Under the pieces are notes generated by a model, which saw only the letters and a program-made list of their open reading frames with translations, made no database searches and was not told the origin of the DNA. This document shows, piece by piece, positions 39,886 to 52,590 of a stretch of DNA of 64,000 bases. The position numbers and the translations under genes are program-made. This DNA is from Octopus sinensis (Eukaryota): NCBI RefSeq assembly GCF_006345805.1, contig NC_043013.1:41292001-41356000 (forward strand), written 5' to 3'. Positions within the stretch are counted from its first letter, which is position 1. Every line of letters begins with the position of its first letter.

Positions 39886-41303
39886 ACTGGAACCGCTGTA
39901 ATCGACTTGCCTTCTCCTCTCAAAATTGCTGCTCTTGAAACTGGCAACGGACCGACGTCTCGATCAAGGGAGAATGTTACCATGATCGCTTACACGCTAC
40001 GGAACCAAGTGACCAGCTTTATCTGCCCTAGAGCTCAAGATAAATAATACTTTGTAACGAGAGACCGATAGAATTACACTCTGTGTCAAAAATGTTATAT
40101 ATATATTTTTGTTGGTCAGTGAGTGTTTATTTCCTATCTGTTTCTACCTAGAAACCAAAAGAAATGACTACTATTTCCTTCAAATTTTGTTTTTGTGATC
40201 TGGCCGTCAATGTTTTAAAACTGACCTGCTTTCCACAACATTTCAGACAGATTCAACGTTGAGTTGCGCAAGCAAAAATTTCTAGAACTTTCTAGAAGTT
40301 TCTAAAAGTTGCAAGAATTTCTAGAATGTTCAGGCAACATAGATGGCAGTATAAATAGAGGGAACGTAAGCTCAACAGTTCAGTTTACTCTTCTAGTTGT
40401 CCAAGTGGAGACAAGTTTGAACGAAATATTAGCCATTTTCATTCTTTTTAAGGGTAAGCAAATAGAAAATTACAGTGCTGCCCAAGGACAAAAATTGTGT
40501 TACACAGTGAGCCATGTATTAAGAGGGATTCTTTGGGGTTTGAATAAATGTAGCAAAACCAAATTTTGAAGGCAATATCAGCCATTTTGCATACTTTGTA
40601 GGGGTAAGCGAAAGGGCAATAACAATTACTATCCAAGGACAAAAATAGTGTTACACAATATCATTAATCGTCTTTCATCCCTTTAAATTCTCAATTTCAA
40701 TACCACCGAGATCGAAGTTGCTTTCATCTTCCCACGTTGGATTAAATAACATACCAGTCAGAGTCTAGAGGCCATCGACAAAACTAAACAAAAATATATT
40801 TAGCCTAGAGTCCATGTTAAGAATCAATACTTTGTGGCTAGACATTGATCTTGTACATTTAAAATCAGACAGACGTTCCGTTTCTGTCAACAGTCCAAAT
40901 CTTTAGAACCATTGTTGATTTTTCTATTGGCTCAATTCGTCTCTGTTTTATATTATTGAACACTGATCATATAGAGGATTTTTTTTTTCTGAAAGTCTTT
41001 TTTTTTAAGCATCTTTTTGAAGTTCTGCTTTGATGTTATCTTGTGTATTGTTTCAACTTTTCCCACCGTTTGATCCTTAACTAAACTGTTTTCCTCTGTG
41101 TAATTAGCTTCTAGTTTGTACTTCATTGTTCTCTTATATAAAAGAAAACAATGTTTGCTTTTTACTGTCGCCTTATTGCGCTAATCAGTTTACCTTTGTT
41201 TGTTTCTAAGTGGTTTTCTAGATTCGCTCGTTACTTTGTAATATTTCCACTTCTACCTTCTGTAGGAAGCCTTCATTCTATTTGTGCGTGAAATATGTAT
41301 GTG

Positions 41304-41386
<83 letters not shown>

Positions 41387-41424
41387 TATATATTATATAT
41401 ATGTGGTGTGTGTGTGTGTGTAGG

Positions 41425-41483
<59 letters not shown>

Positions 41484-41664
41484 TTAGTAGATGAATAGTC
41501 AGATGTAAATACATAAATAGATAGCTAAAGTGATCAAGTGATTGATAGGCAGATAGATATATTTCTATATATACATATATATGTATATATATATACATAA
41601 TAGGGAGATAATTCACGAAAAAACACAAGACGAAGACAGGTGGTGTAGAAAACAAACAGAAGTA

Positions 41665-41703
<39 letters not shown>

Positions 41704-42440
41704 AAAAAACACACACATAAAACATACTTCAGTTCCGCAACGCGGGGCTCATATTACAACGAACTACATTTTTGTATACGTTTCTCCCGTTCGTTCCTGT
41801 TAATCTCTTCATTCTTCTTCCAATGTATTTACACTGAATCTCTCTGAATCCGTATTCTATCACTGGGACGATGACAAGTGCATTTATATTCGTAATCGTA
41901 TTAACAGATTTACGTTTCAATTTAAAAGAGTCTAAGACTCTTGTACTAAACTTTTATAATTGTCTTATATATTTGACTATATTTTATGTTATTAGTCCTA
42001 TTTAAAATCAAATACTTTCATTGGTGATTTTGTCTTAATTCTCAGATTTTGATGTTTAGAAATTATTATTTTCATTTTCAATTAATTTGCGTTTCATTAT
42101 TCTGGATTTGGTGGTATTTGTCTGATAACATAGTCATTTGGGTATTACTGATTAATCTACGTTCAGCTTTTTAGCTGTTCTCCATCTTAGCGTTTGTTAC
42201 TTGTATGGCTGTGTGGTTAAGAAACTCGCTTTGCAACTAAGCAACTTGATTTCGGGGTTCAGTCCCACTGCGTGGCACCTTGGTCACGTGTCTTCTACCA
42301 TAGCTCCGGACCAACTAATATGCCTTGCACATGAAATTGACTGTTTTCTGTAGTCAATACACGGTGATCACTTATAAGCTCGGCACCACTTATTAAATCA
42401 TCGCAAAAGCCGCACAAGTTCGTTTATATATATGTAAGTA

Positions 42441-42476
<36 letters not shown>

Positions 42477-42663
42477 TTTCCTTTGTTTACAATTAACACG
42501 GAAAATAGATAAACAGTTACCAGGGTAGTAAAAACTCACAGAAGTAAAAAGGGCGTAACACCCTGTTCGTAAAGGTAGAAACTTCGGGTTTATGTGAAAT
42601 ATTTTGTATAATATCTATAAATAAATAAATGGAGTTAAACGCAGGTGTTATTCAAATTCTTTT

Positions 42664-42749
42664 ACTTCCGACACATGTTTCGAAGATATTGGTATTATTC
42701 CAAAGGAATAAAATGGTGCAAAACAATGTAATCTTCTCTTCAGGGAAAT
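42664..42749 (-). ncRNA. Minimal type I hammerhead ribozyme, intact core
   Basis: ATTTCC CTGAAGA GAAGAT...ATCTTC GAAA CATGTG TC GGAAGT. Helix I 6 bp (one G-U), helix II 6 bp, ACATGT palindrome, GTC site. Confidence 0.8.
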
Positions 42750-44422
42750 GAAAAAATAAAACTCGTCAATAAGACATTTTAACAGAATATGATGGATATG
42801 TATAGTGATGAACTGAACGCTATTAAGTTTTTTTTACGATGGGAAGTTCTGATTCAGCACAAGTAGCTCATTTGGTCTGTATATATATACTTTATGAAAT
42901 GACAGACCAGTTCCCAAGCATCAATGGAGGTCTATATCGTGATGATTGTTTACTTTACCTTCAAAATGTTTCTGACCAAAAAGTACAAAAGGTTAAGAAT
43001 AGTTTAGTTAAGTTTTTCCGTACAATAGGCTTAGGCATCGTTTTTGAGGATGATGTAACGAAAGCCAAATTTTTAGATATTACACTTAACTTACACAATA
43101 ATTCGTACTTACCATACCACAAATCATCGACCAATCTTAAGTGTATTAGCCAATCCAGTAATCATTCTAGGGCAATCACTAAGAACGCAGTTAAAAATAT
43201 TTCAGTTAGATTGTCTAAGTTATCTGCTAATGTTGACATTTTCAATGACAAGGCTGAATTTTATAACTGCCTTACTTAAAGCAGGCTATACTGATAAATT
43301 TATACGCCAACTACAAACAGAGGAAGGGAGATATCCTTATTTAAACCCCTTTTTTCATTCTAAAGGTAAATCGATGTCTTTTAAAGATAGTTACACTAAA
43401 AATAAAGCAACTAATAGCAAAAACTATTTGGTTGATTATTCCTTATGGGAGGCAAAGTAAATCTAATCTTTCTTTCCAGTTTCGGGAAGCTATTATTAGG
43501 AATTTTCCAAGAAATTCTAGGTATTACTCTATTATCAACTCGCACACTGTTAGGATTGGTTTTTCCAACACAAAAAATCTCTTACAAATTATCTCCTCAC
43601 ATAATATTATTCTGTTAAATAAGAATCCATTTGCTAATACTATCATTAATTTAGCTGATACCATCCATCCGCCTAGAAATATTGATAACAATGTTGTTGT
43701 CTCTGAAGTCAATTCCAACGGAATTAAGTTTATGTCAAGTAATTCTATGATTAAAAACTATATACCAGTGTAAAATTACTTCAGGTACCGATGTCTTTTT
43801 TATATAGGTAGTTCTTCTTCTCAGTTATCTAAAAGAATTTCTAATCATTACTCTACATTTAGGGATAGGAATAAACGTAACAGTACAGGACTTAGTAAAT
43901 TAATTTGCTATCTAAAAGATTATAATAAACAATTTAATTTAGGTTAGTTGATTCTCTTGATTTCGTTCTCTTATGATAAAGGCAAGGAATTTTGTCTTCT
44001 CTGTAATTGTGAACTATTTTTTATTCTTTTTTCTAAAACTCCCCTTGTAAACACAATTATAGAACGTGCTTATCGATGTAAACATTGGCAGAAACACACC
44101 TTGAATTCATATAAGTGATAGCTACCACTATATATAATTTAAACATTGATTTTCTTTTTACATTTCACTTCCATTAGATATATCTTTTTCCAAGACTTTA
44201 GGGTTTTATATAAATACACATATCGTTTTATATTTCTCATTTATTTGGTTTCTGATTTTTTTTCTTTTCTTTACCCCTCCTCTTTCTATAGGCTACCTTT
44301 GACGTTTTTTTAAAACGTTTTTTTTAAACGTTTAAAAAAAACAACTTAATAGCGTTCAGTTCATCACTATACATATCCATCATATTCTGTTAAAATGTCT
44401 TATTGACGAGTTTTATTTCTCC

Positions 44423-44510
44423 ATTTCTATGAAGAGATGATTACATTGTTTTACATCATTTTATTCCTTTGGAATAATACTAATGATACCTTCGAAACAT
44501 GTGTCGGAAT
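44423..44510 (+). ncRNA. Hammerhead copy with C3A core mutation, probably inactive
   Basis: ATTTCT ATGAAGA GATGAT...ACCTTC GAAACATGTGTC GGAA, the inverted twin of 42664-42749. Confidence 0.65.
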
Positions 44511-44574
44511 TTGAATAACACCTGCGTTTAACTCCATATACATATGCACACACACACATATATATATATATATA

Positions 44575-44742
44575 TGGATCAAAGCAGTTTGATTCAAATT
44601 CGCTGGTACTCTTAAGTTTGGACCACGATGCTAGTCATTAGCCAATTTCAATTCAGCCATTCAAATTCAAAATGGCGCACGATTAACATCGCGCTTGAAT
44701 CTTAAGAGTATCAACGAATTTGAATCAAACTGTTTTGATCCA
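44575..44742. mobile_element. MITE with ~42-bp TIRs in TA context
   Basis: TGGATCAAAGCAGTTTGATTCAAATTCGCTGGTACTCTTAAG and CTTAAGAGTATCAACGAATTTGAATCAAACTGTTTTGATCCA. Confidence 0.8.
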
Positions 44743-44796
44743 TACATGTATATATATATATATGTACATATATATATACATAATATATGTACATAT

Positions 44797-44847
<51 letters not shown>

Positions 44848-44979
44848 TATATAGATATATATATATATATATATATTATGTACATATATATATATATATT
44901 TATAGATATTTGTCTAAATCTAACTATAAACATATGGATAAATAGATGTAATCGACTAACCTTCCCCAAAATTTTAAGG

Positions 44980-45960
44980 CTTTCAGAGAGTTATGGGGAT
45001 GATGTATTGAGTGAAAGAAGTTGCAGGAGACGGTTTTCTCGCTTCAAAAGTAGGGATTTGAGTTTGAAAGACGAGCCAAAAGAAGGTCGTTCAAAACAAC
45101 TTGATACCGAAGAGTTGGAAGCTGTTGTCACAGAAGATCCAACAGCTACTTGTAGAGAACTTGCAGAAGAGGTTAACGTAGCCCATACAACTCTTCTATG
45201 CCAACTGAAAAGGACCGGAAAGGTTTCAGTGGTTGGAAAATGGGTCCTGCAGGAAACGTCTCCAGAGAATCTGCAACAGCGTGTTGTTTGTTGTCAGTCA
45301 TTGCTTTCACGACACCTTAAGGAGCTAATTTTAGGAAGTCTTGTTACAGGTGATGAGAAGTGAAACCTTTACCATAACGTTAAACGCTGCCAATCGTGAA
45401 TCAGTCGAGGAGGAAGATTTGTTCAATAACCAAGAGGAGGGCTTCATCCAAGGTAGATCAGATTGTGTCTAGGCAACAATCAACCAATTTCTGCTAATCT
45501 CTACTGTGATTAACTTCATCGTTTGAAAGCTGTTTTGAACAGGAAGCGACATTTCTTTGTCAACAGAAAGGGTGTCGTCTTCCATCATATTTATACTCGT
45601 CCGCACACAGCTCGACTAACCAAAGTTCTCTTGGAAGAGGTTCGTTGGGAAATATTGCTTCATCCTCCATATTCTCCAGACCTTGCTGCTTCAGATTATC
45701 ACTTGTTTCGAGGACTTCAGAACTATTTGAATGGTCTTAGGTTGACATCAAGAGAAAAGGTTGAAAATGAGCTGGATTCATATTTCGCATCAAAATCTAT
45801 ACATTTTTACAAGCGTGGCATTTATAAGCTTGTTGACAGATGGAATGAAGTTGTAGAAAGCAATGGAAATTATGTTAACAAATAAATATTGCCTTAGTCA
45901 TGGGATTTTTCATTTTTAATAGAGACCTTAAAATCGGCCATTACATTAGCACCAACCTGA
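44980..45960 (+). pseudogene. Mariner (Hsmar/SETMAR-like DD34D) transposase pseudogene with 3' TIR
   Basis: [80 protein letters not shown]. 3' end AAAATCGGCCATTACATTAGCACCAACCTGA. Stops and an internal deletion. Confidence 0.92.
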
Positions 45961-46149
45961 CACTTAACGGCATTTCGTCCGTCTTTACGTTTTGGGTAAA
46001 ATCCTGAAAGAGAAACGTAAATATCCGTAGTTAAATATCACAAATAATAATTGAGTCCGATGTTCTTTCTTATCATTCCACGATTTGTAAATATTTGTAA
46101 ATATTGGGTTGTAAATATTGTAAACATTTGTAATATCCGTTTCAAATTT

Positions 46150-46560
46150 TGGCACTTAATAAGCGAGGTAAGTCGATACTTCGACCCCAGTGCCTAACAG
46201 GTACTTCTTTACATCGACCCCGAAGGATGACAGGCAAAGTCGATCTCGGCAGGATATGATCTCAGAGCGTAAAGTCGAACGAAATGGCGCTAAGTATTTT
46301 GCCTGGCATGCTAATCATTCTGTTAGCTCACCATCTTTCATATTAGGTTCAAATTTTGGCACAAGGTCAGCAATTTTGAGGGCGAGGGTAAGTCGATTAA
46401 ATCGACCCCAGTATTCTAAGGTACATATTTTAATCCACCCCTAAAAGATGAAAAGCAAAGTCAACTTCGACGGAATTTGAACTCAGTTGATAAAGATGGC
46501 CGAAATACCGCTAAGCATTTCGCCCGGCGTGCTAACGTTTCTGCCATCTCAACACCTTAA
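46150..46560 (-). mobile_element. Two SINE family B copies
   Basis: Reverse-complement cores at about 46165-46330 and 46385-46555. Confidence 0.75.
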
Positions 46561-46959
46561 TTTTATTCATAAATGTTGAAACCATAAATGGCGAGGATCT
46601 CCCTGATACGCTCAAAACAAAAACAAAAGATTAGAATTAACAAACCCACCACCAAACAAAAACCCCAAAAGTGAAACAACAAATAATTATATAAACAGAA
46701 ATAAATATATGTCGTTTAGAAAGTGAAAGTAGAAAATACTAAAGACGGACATTTTCAATGTAACAATAATGTTTAAAGTAGGAATGCTTATAGAATTTAA
46801 ATCGATAGATCTTCCCAGAGACAAATGAAAGACCTTCCCAAAGATAAAAGTTAACGATAAAACAGTGAGAAGGATGAAAAAAACGTAAAAACTCGTTCGT
46901 CTTAGATATATTGTAAACAACTCCTACATTCAACAACGAGACAAATCAAAGAATCTATG

Positions 46960-47512
46960 TAGTAGTAGTAGTAATAATAGTAATAGTAATAGTAGTAGTA
47001 GTAGTAGTAGTAGTAGCAGCAGCAGCGGTAGTAGTAGTAGTACTGGTGTTGATGTTGGTGATAGTGGTGGTGGTGGAGTGGTGGCGTCTGTGACAATGGA
47101 GGTGGAGGTGGTAGTAGTAGTAGTTGTAGTAGTAGTAGCAGCAGCGGTAGTAGTAGTAGCAGCAGCGGTAGTAGTAGTAGTACTGGTGTTGATGTTGATG
47201 ATAGTGGTGGTGGTGGTGCTGGTGGCGTCTGTGCCAATGTTGGTAGTAGTAGTAGTAGTAGTGCTGCTGGTGGTGGTGGTGATAGTGGTGGTGCTGTGGT
47301 GCTGGTGCTGGTTGTGCCGGCGGCAGTGGAGGTGGTGGTGGTGGTAGTAGTAGTTGTGGTGGTAGTAGTAGTTGTGGTGCTGTTGTTGTTGGTGGTGTTG
47401 GGGGTAGTAGTGGTAGTAATAGTTGTAGTAGTTGTAATAGTAATGATAGTAGTAGTAATGGTAGTAGTGGTGGCGCCGGCGGGGTAGTAGTAGTAGTAGA
47501 AAAAGAAGAAGA

Positions 47513-47562
<50 letters not shown>

Positions 47563-47567
47563 CAGCT

Positions 47568-47618
<51 letters not shown>
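46960..47618. repeat. Compound (TAG)n/(TGG)n tract with an internal ~130-bp duplication
   Basis: GTACTGGTGTTGATGTTG..GGTGGCGTCTGTG occurs twice. Confidence 0.9.
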
Positions 47619-47619
<1 letters not shown>

Positions 47620-48065
47620 ACACAAAAGAGTGTGGGTACAATCTTATTCTCATCGAACTTATCTCAACGGAACATTTAAACCCAAGGAAACAACTCGGGG
47701 AAAATAAACATAGCGAGGAAAACAGAAATGGAAGACAGAGACGTATTTGAATATTTAATGAGATCAACGGCGAAAAGAGTGAAATGACGGTGGGGGAGAT
47801 GGGAGGGGGAGTGAAAGAGTAGAAGCAAGAAAAGAGACTGTGCTACAGAAATAGTGGAAACGTTTGGCCTTGTGGTTAGGGTGTTGGACTCATGATCTGA
47901 AGATTGTGGTTTCAATTCCTGGAACGGGCAATGCATTGTGTTCTCCTGAAAAACACTTCATTTCACGTCGTTTCTCCAGACCCTACAGCTGGCAAACTGA
48001 GCAATCCTGTTTCGAACCGGCACCCCGTTCAGTATATACATACAATATATATATATATATATATC

Positions 48066-48097
<32 letters not shown>

Positions 48098-48210
48098 GAA
48101 TCCAGAAGAGTAAACAAGAGTGACAGGGACAGGTAGAAACAAGGAAAATGCCCCTTGTATTTGAATACTATGCAAATATTCTTTTGAAAAGATTTCGTGT
48201 GCTGGAACGA

Positions 48211-48463
48211 AAACAATTGCAGCGTGGAAGGTGTTTATAAGCCATTTAAGAAAAACACAAAAACCGTTAGATTCACTTCCGCTTTGAGACAGGGACCTGT
48301 GCACTGATAAACTTCATGCAGCACGAAGTTTTATCAGTGAACAGGTCGCGGTCTCAAAGCGACGAAAATATTTTGACAAATTAAATTTAAATGTTGAAGT
48401 GAATCTAAAGGTTTTGTGTGTTTCTTAAATAGCTTATAAACACCTTCCACGCTGCAATTGTTT
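48211..48463. mobile_element. Fold-back MITE with nested 82-nt hairpin
   Basis: Outer arms 48211-48279 and 48396-48463; inner hairpin 48280-48361. Confidence 0.8.
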
Positions 48464-48707
48464 ATATATATATATGAGGAACTTGCACAAAGTAGATGTA
48501 GGGGATTTTAAATCAAAGCCGGACCTCTTCCTGTTGAGAGTCCCAGATGAACCTACCTCACGGCAAGAGGTGCAAATGAGGGTAGCTCTATCAAACTCCA
48601 TTCTTCACCAAGTGCCACAAAGTAGAGGAGGCTCTTAGTAATAACAGTGTAGCAAAACGGCGTTGCATCAGCATGGCCACAGCTCTGACCTGAAACTAGA
48701 GAAAAAA

Positions 48708-48742
<35 letters not shown>

Positions 48743-48988
48743 TGTATGTATGTATGTATGTATGTATGTATGTATGTATGTATGTATGTATATATGTACG
48801 TTTATATAATTCTACCTCAGTTCATCTAATTGTATAATTAAAAGCCTTTATTTTTTTGATATTGAATGTGCATTTTCATTTTTTTCCTTCTTACTTTCCC
48901 CATATCTTTTCCACGTGTAGTTTCTCTATTTTCTTTTTCAAACATATCTCTATTATATATATGTATGTGTATATATATATAATATATA

Positions 48989-49063
<75 letters not shown>

Positions 49064-49083
49064 TATATATTATATATATATAT

Positions 49084-49157
<74 letters not shown>

Positions 49158-51188
49158 ATATAATATATATATATATATAGATATACGGCATAGAGACCAG
49201 CAACCGTCTCTTATGTGTTCATGGGGCTCGAGAAGGATGCTTTTCCATTTACTAGAGAAATACATTTAACAACGTATAAAAATAGGAGAAGGGAGGTAAC
49301 ATGGTGGTGTACTGGTAGATTAGAGATACAAAATGGTAAGAATGTTCGGAAGAAAGTTGGAATCAAGGAACAACGTCGGGTGGCTGGAAGAAAAGATCGG
49401 CGTTATGTATATATGTAACAGAGAGTGAAGATGAACCTTAAGGGGTTTGCCAGTGTCGAAAAGAAAAATTGAAGCCAAGCAAATGTAATATGAGGAAACA
49501 GAACTCCTTTATATTCAACGAATGTAGTACTGGTTGAAAATAGATATCTGTGCATCATACTTATTGTAAATACATCGCGAGAAACAAATTTACTGAGGTA
49601 AAAATCACCCTTGCTAAATCGCAAAGAGCGTGAGTAAAGTACTGTCTCCAGTTCTAGAACTCATAAGGCTGATTACCCGGTTGTGATGGTGTGTGTAAGT
49701 GGCTGAGAGCATAATGTTCCCCTTCTAGAACACAGCTCACCTTGCGATCTTGCGGTCGTGAATGTAATTCTCTAACCATTAGACCATGCTCTTCACAACA
49801 GGTTGTATAGACAGGTTTCATATCTAGTGACAAATGTAGCGATAACATCCTCAGGCAATACAGGGGCATAGATGTTGCAGAACGAAGCAACTACAGAGGC
49901 ATGAAACTGGTGGATCAGGTTATGAAAGTTACGGACAGAGCTAGACAACTATTCATTTAGAAGAGAATTAGTTACGGTTAAATGACTTGCGTTTTTTTTT
50001 CTTTTTACTTAAATTAAACGAGCGTCTAAATTAAAAACAATTCTCGATAAATCGAATAGTGCGATATTATGAAAAGTGACACCGTTTCTTTGAGCAAAAT
50101 AATTAACTGATCGCCAATTCGCAAGCATATTAACTTATTAGTTGCGGAATACACAACAAGAACAAATGTAGCTGTAACGCAAGAAAATAAAATTTGTACA
50201 TTATTTTGGTGGCACGCTGTATGAACTGCAAATGGAATACTCCACCTAAATGTAGGATGGTTTTGCTGCTAGATATACAAACATCATACATCATACTCAC
50301 ACAGAAAATTAACTTCAGTGGCTATCAATCTTTGAAATAATCTAATTTCTAGCCTGCAAATCCACCTCTCTCCCAAGTCTTTCATTCTGCTATTTTTAAC
50401 ACTACGTCGGAGCTAGCAATGCCTGGCGGTGATGTCCGTCGTTACACGATGAAAGATTAGTCGTTCGATCAGCAGAATTACCTTCTCTTAAACTAAATTA
50501 AATTAAAATGCAAGTGGTTTAGATTACCAGCGAACTAAATTCCTCATATTCTATATGCATATGTGTATGTATGTGTGTGTGTGTGGGTACGTATACAATT
50601 ATGTGCTTTGACTACAGCATTAGGGCATTTAGCTCTTATTTCTAGCAATGTAGGTGTTTCTAACACCCTCGTCATTTGTAGGACTTTTGATAAAACGCTG
50701 CAACCTGCTGTCTATAATTATTTTCTCTCTCTCTCTCTCTCTCTCACCATAGACAGGTGTACCTTTAACGTCGTCCTCGGGTAAAATCACTCTGATTGAA
50801 GGTGTGACGAGGCTGAATATTTTCAATAACAGGTACAACAACCACGACAATCTTCTCTACAGTTTCCGCTTTCCTAACTGCACCCAAACGTTGTGGATCG
50901 ACCGGAAGCTGTAAAAACATGGCAGCTTTTTCAATATGTCACGCAGTGGGATCGAAATTGAGACATCGTTGGTCCAGAGCGAACTTCCTAACCAACAGGC
51001 CATACTGCACCTGCAGGAAATACTTACCTGGTAAATAAATCTATTTTAAAAGAACACAAACGTAGCTTTCAAGACATATACTTATGTGAAAAGATTTGTT
51101 ACCGATGAACAAAACCATAAACAGCATAATGACATAGGCGAGAAAATTATATGAAAATGGCGGAAATTTGCCATCACCATCGTTAGTC

Positions 51189-51189
<1 letters not shown>

Positions 51190-51219
<30 letters not shown>

Positions 51220-51436
51220 ACTTTGTCGTCGTCGTCGTCATCATCATGATCACGAAGAGCAGTAGTAACAGCATCACGATCATAATCTGTATAGTCATCA
51301 CCATTTGATAGTGTCGCTACCACTCTTTCCATCAATACAGCAACAACAACAACAACCATTACTGCCACTGATGATGATGATGATGATGGTTTTTATGATG
51401 GTGATGATGATGATTTGGCTGCTGATGATGATGACC

Positions 51437-51474
<38 letters not shown>

Positions 51475-52590
51475 AATGATGATGATGTTGATGGTTATTA
51501 TTATGATGATATTGTTGTTGTTGATGATGATGATGATGATGATGATGAAGGTTATGATGATGATGATTATGATGAAGGTTATGATGATTATGATGATGAT
51601 GATCATCATGATTGTTAATAAAACATTTCTTGTAGAAAATTTATCTTCATCATCATCTTCACTATCATCATTATTATCCATTATTATTATTATCATTTTT
51701 ATTATCATTACTACCATAACCATCACCGACAACAACCACCACCAACAACAACAGCAATAACTACAACAATAACTAGCATCACCACGACGACCACCACCCC
51801 AACAACAACAAACACCAGCAGCAGCACCAGTACCATGAACAACAACCATCACCACCACTAATACTACTACCACTACCACTACCGCCACCACTAAGAACAA
51901 CATCCATGATCCACCCCAACCATTAGTATCTCCACTACCACCAAGTCGACCACCACAACCACCATTAATAACCACTAACTGCACCTCACCACTATCTTCG
52001 CTGCTGCAGTCACAGCCATCACCGCCATCACCACCACCACCACCACCACCACCACTACCACCACGACCACCACTACCATCACCATCTTCGCTACTGCTGC
52101 CACCGCCATCACCGCCATCGCCACCACCACTACCAGTACCACCATCACCATCTTCGCTGCTGCCCCACCGCCATCACCACCACCACCAACTTCACTGCTG
52201 CCGCCACTGCTATCACCGCCATCACAACTTACACCACCACCACCACCACCACCTTCGATGCTGCTGCCACCATTACCGCCATCGCCGCCTACACCACCAC
52301 CACCACCACCATCTTCGCTGCTGCCGCCACCGCCACCACCACCACCGCCTACACCACCACCATCTTCGCTGCTGCCCCACCGCCATCACCGTCATCCCCA
52401 CCAACAACAACAACTTCGCTGCTGCCGCCACCGCCATCACCACTAACACCATCACCACTAACACCTTCGCTACTGCCGCCACCACCACCACCACCACAAC
52501 CACCACAACCACAGCCACAACCACCACCACAACCACAGCCACAACCACCACCACAACCACAGCCACAACCACAACCACAACCACCACCGT
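51190..52590. repeat. (CAT/GAT/CAC)n tract with a higher-order TCTTCGCTGCTGCC minisatellite
   Basis: Direct reading; TCTTCGCTRCTGC recurs about 7 times from 51995 to 52480. Confidence 0.9.

Larger units (their letters stand above)
42480..44537 (+). mobile_element. 5'-truncated Naiad-type Penelope-like element with inverted pseudo-LTR at the 5' junction
   Basis: RT MGSSDSAQVAHLV..GLYRDD..FLDITLNL..PYHK..SNH..RLSKLS (42839 onward), FREAIIRNFP..INSHTVRIGFS, and GIY-YIG YQCK..YIG..KRISNHY..TGLSK..CLLC..RCKHWQKH (about 43760-44115). 42629-42838 is the reverse complement of 44334-44537. Confidence 0.9.

Noticed and set aside
40980-41290. Lys-rich minus-strand frames reminiscent of LINE ORF2 inter-domain sequence
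   Set aside because: Many stops and no diagnostic EN or RT motif.
17888-44115. Selenocysteine recoding, reported for some Naiad elements
   Set aside because: No in-frame TGA at Cys positions and no SECIS recognised; the stops seen look like ordinary decay (e.g. TAG for Trp).
51020-51031. ATACTTACCTGG, identical to the U1 snRNA 5' end
   Set aside because: Only 12 nt match and the rest of U1 is absent; reinterpreted as a minus-strand splice donor.
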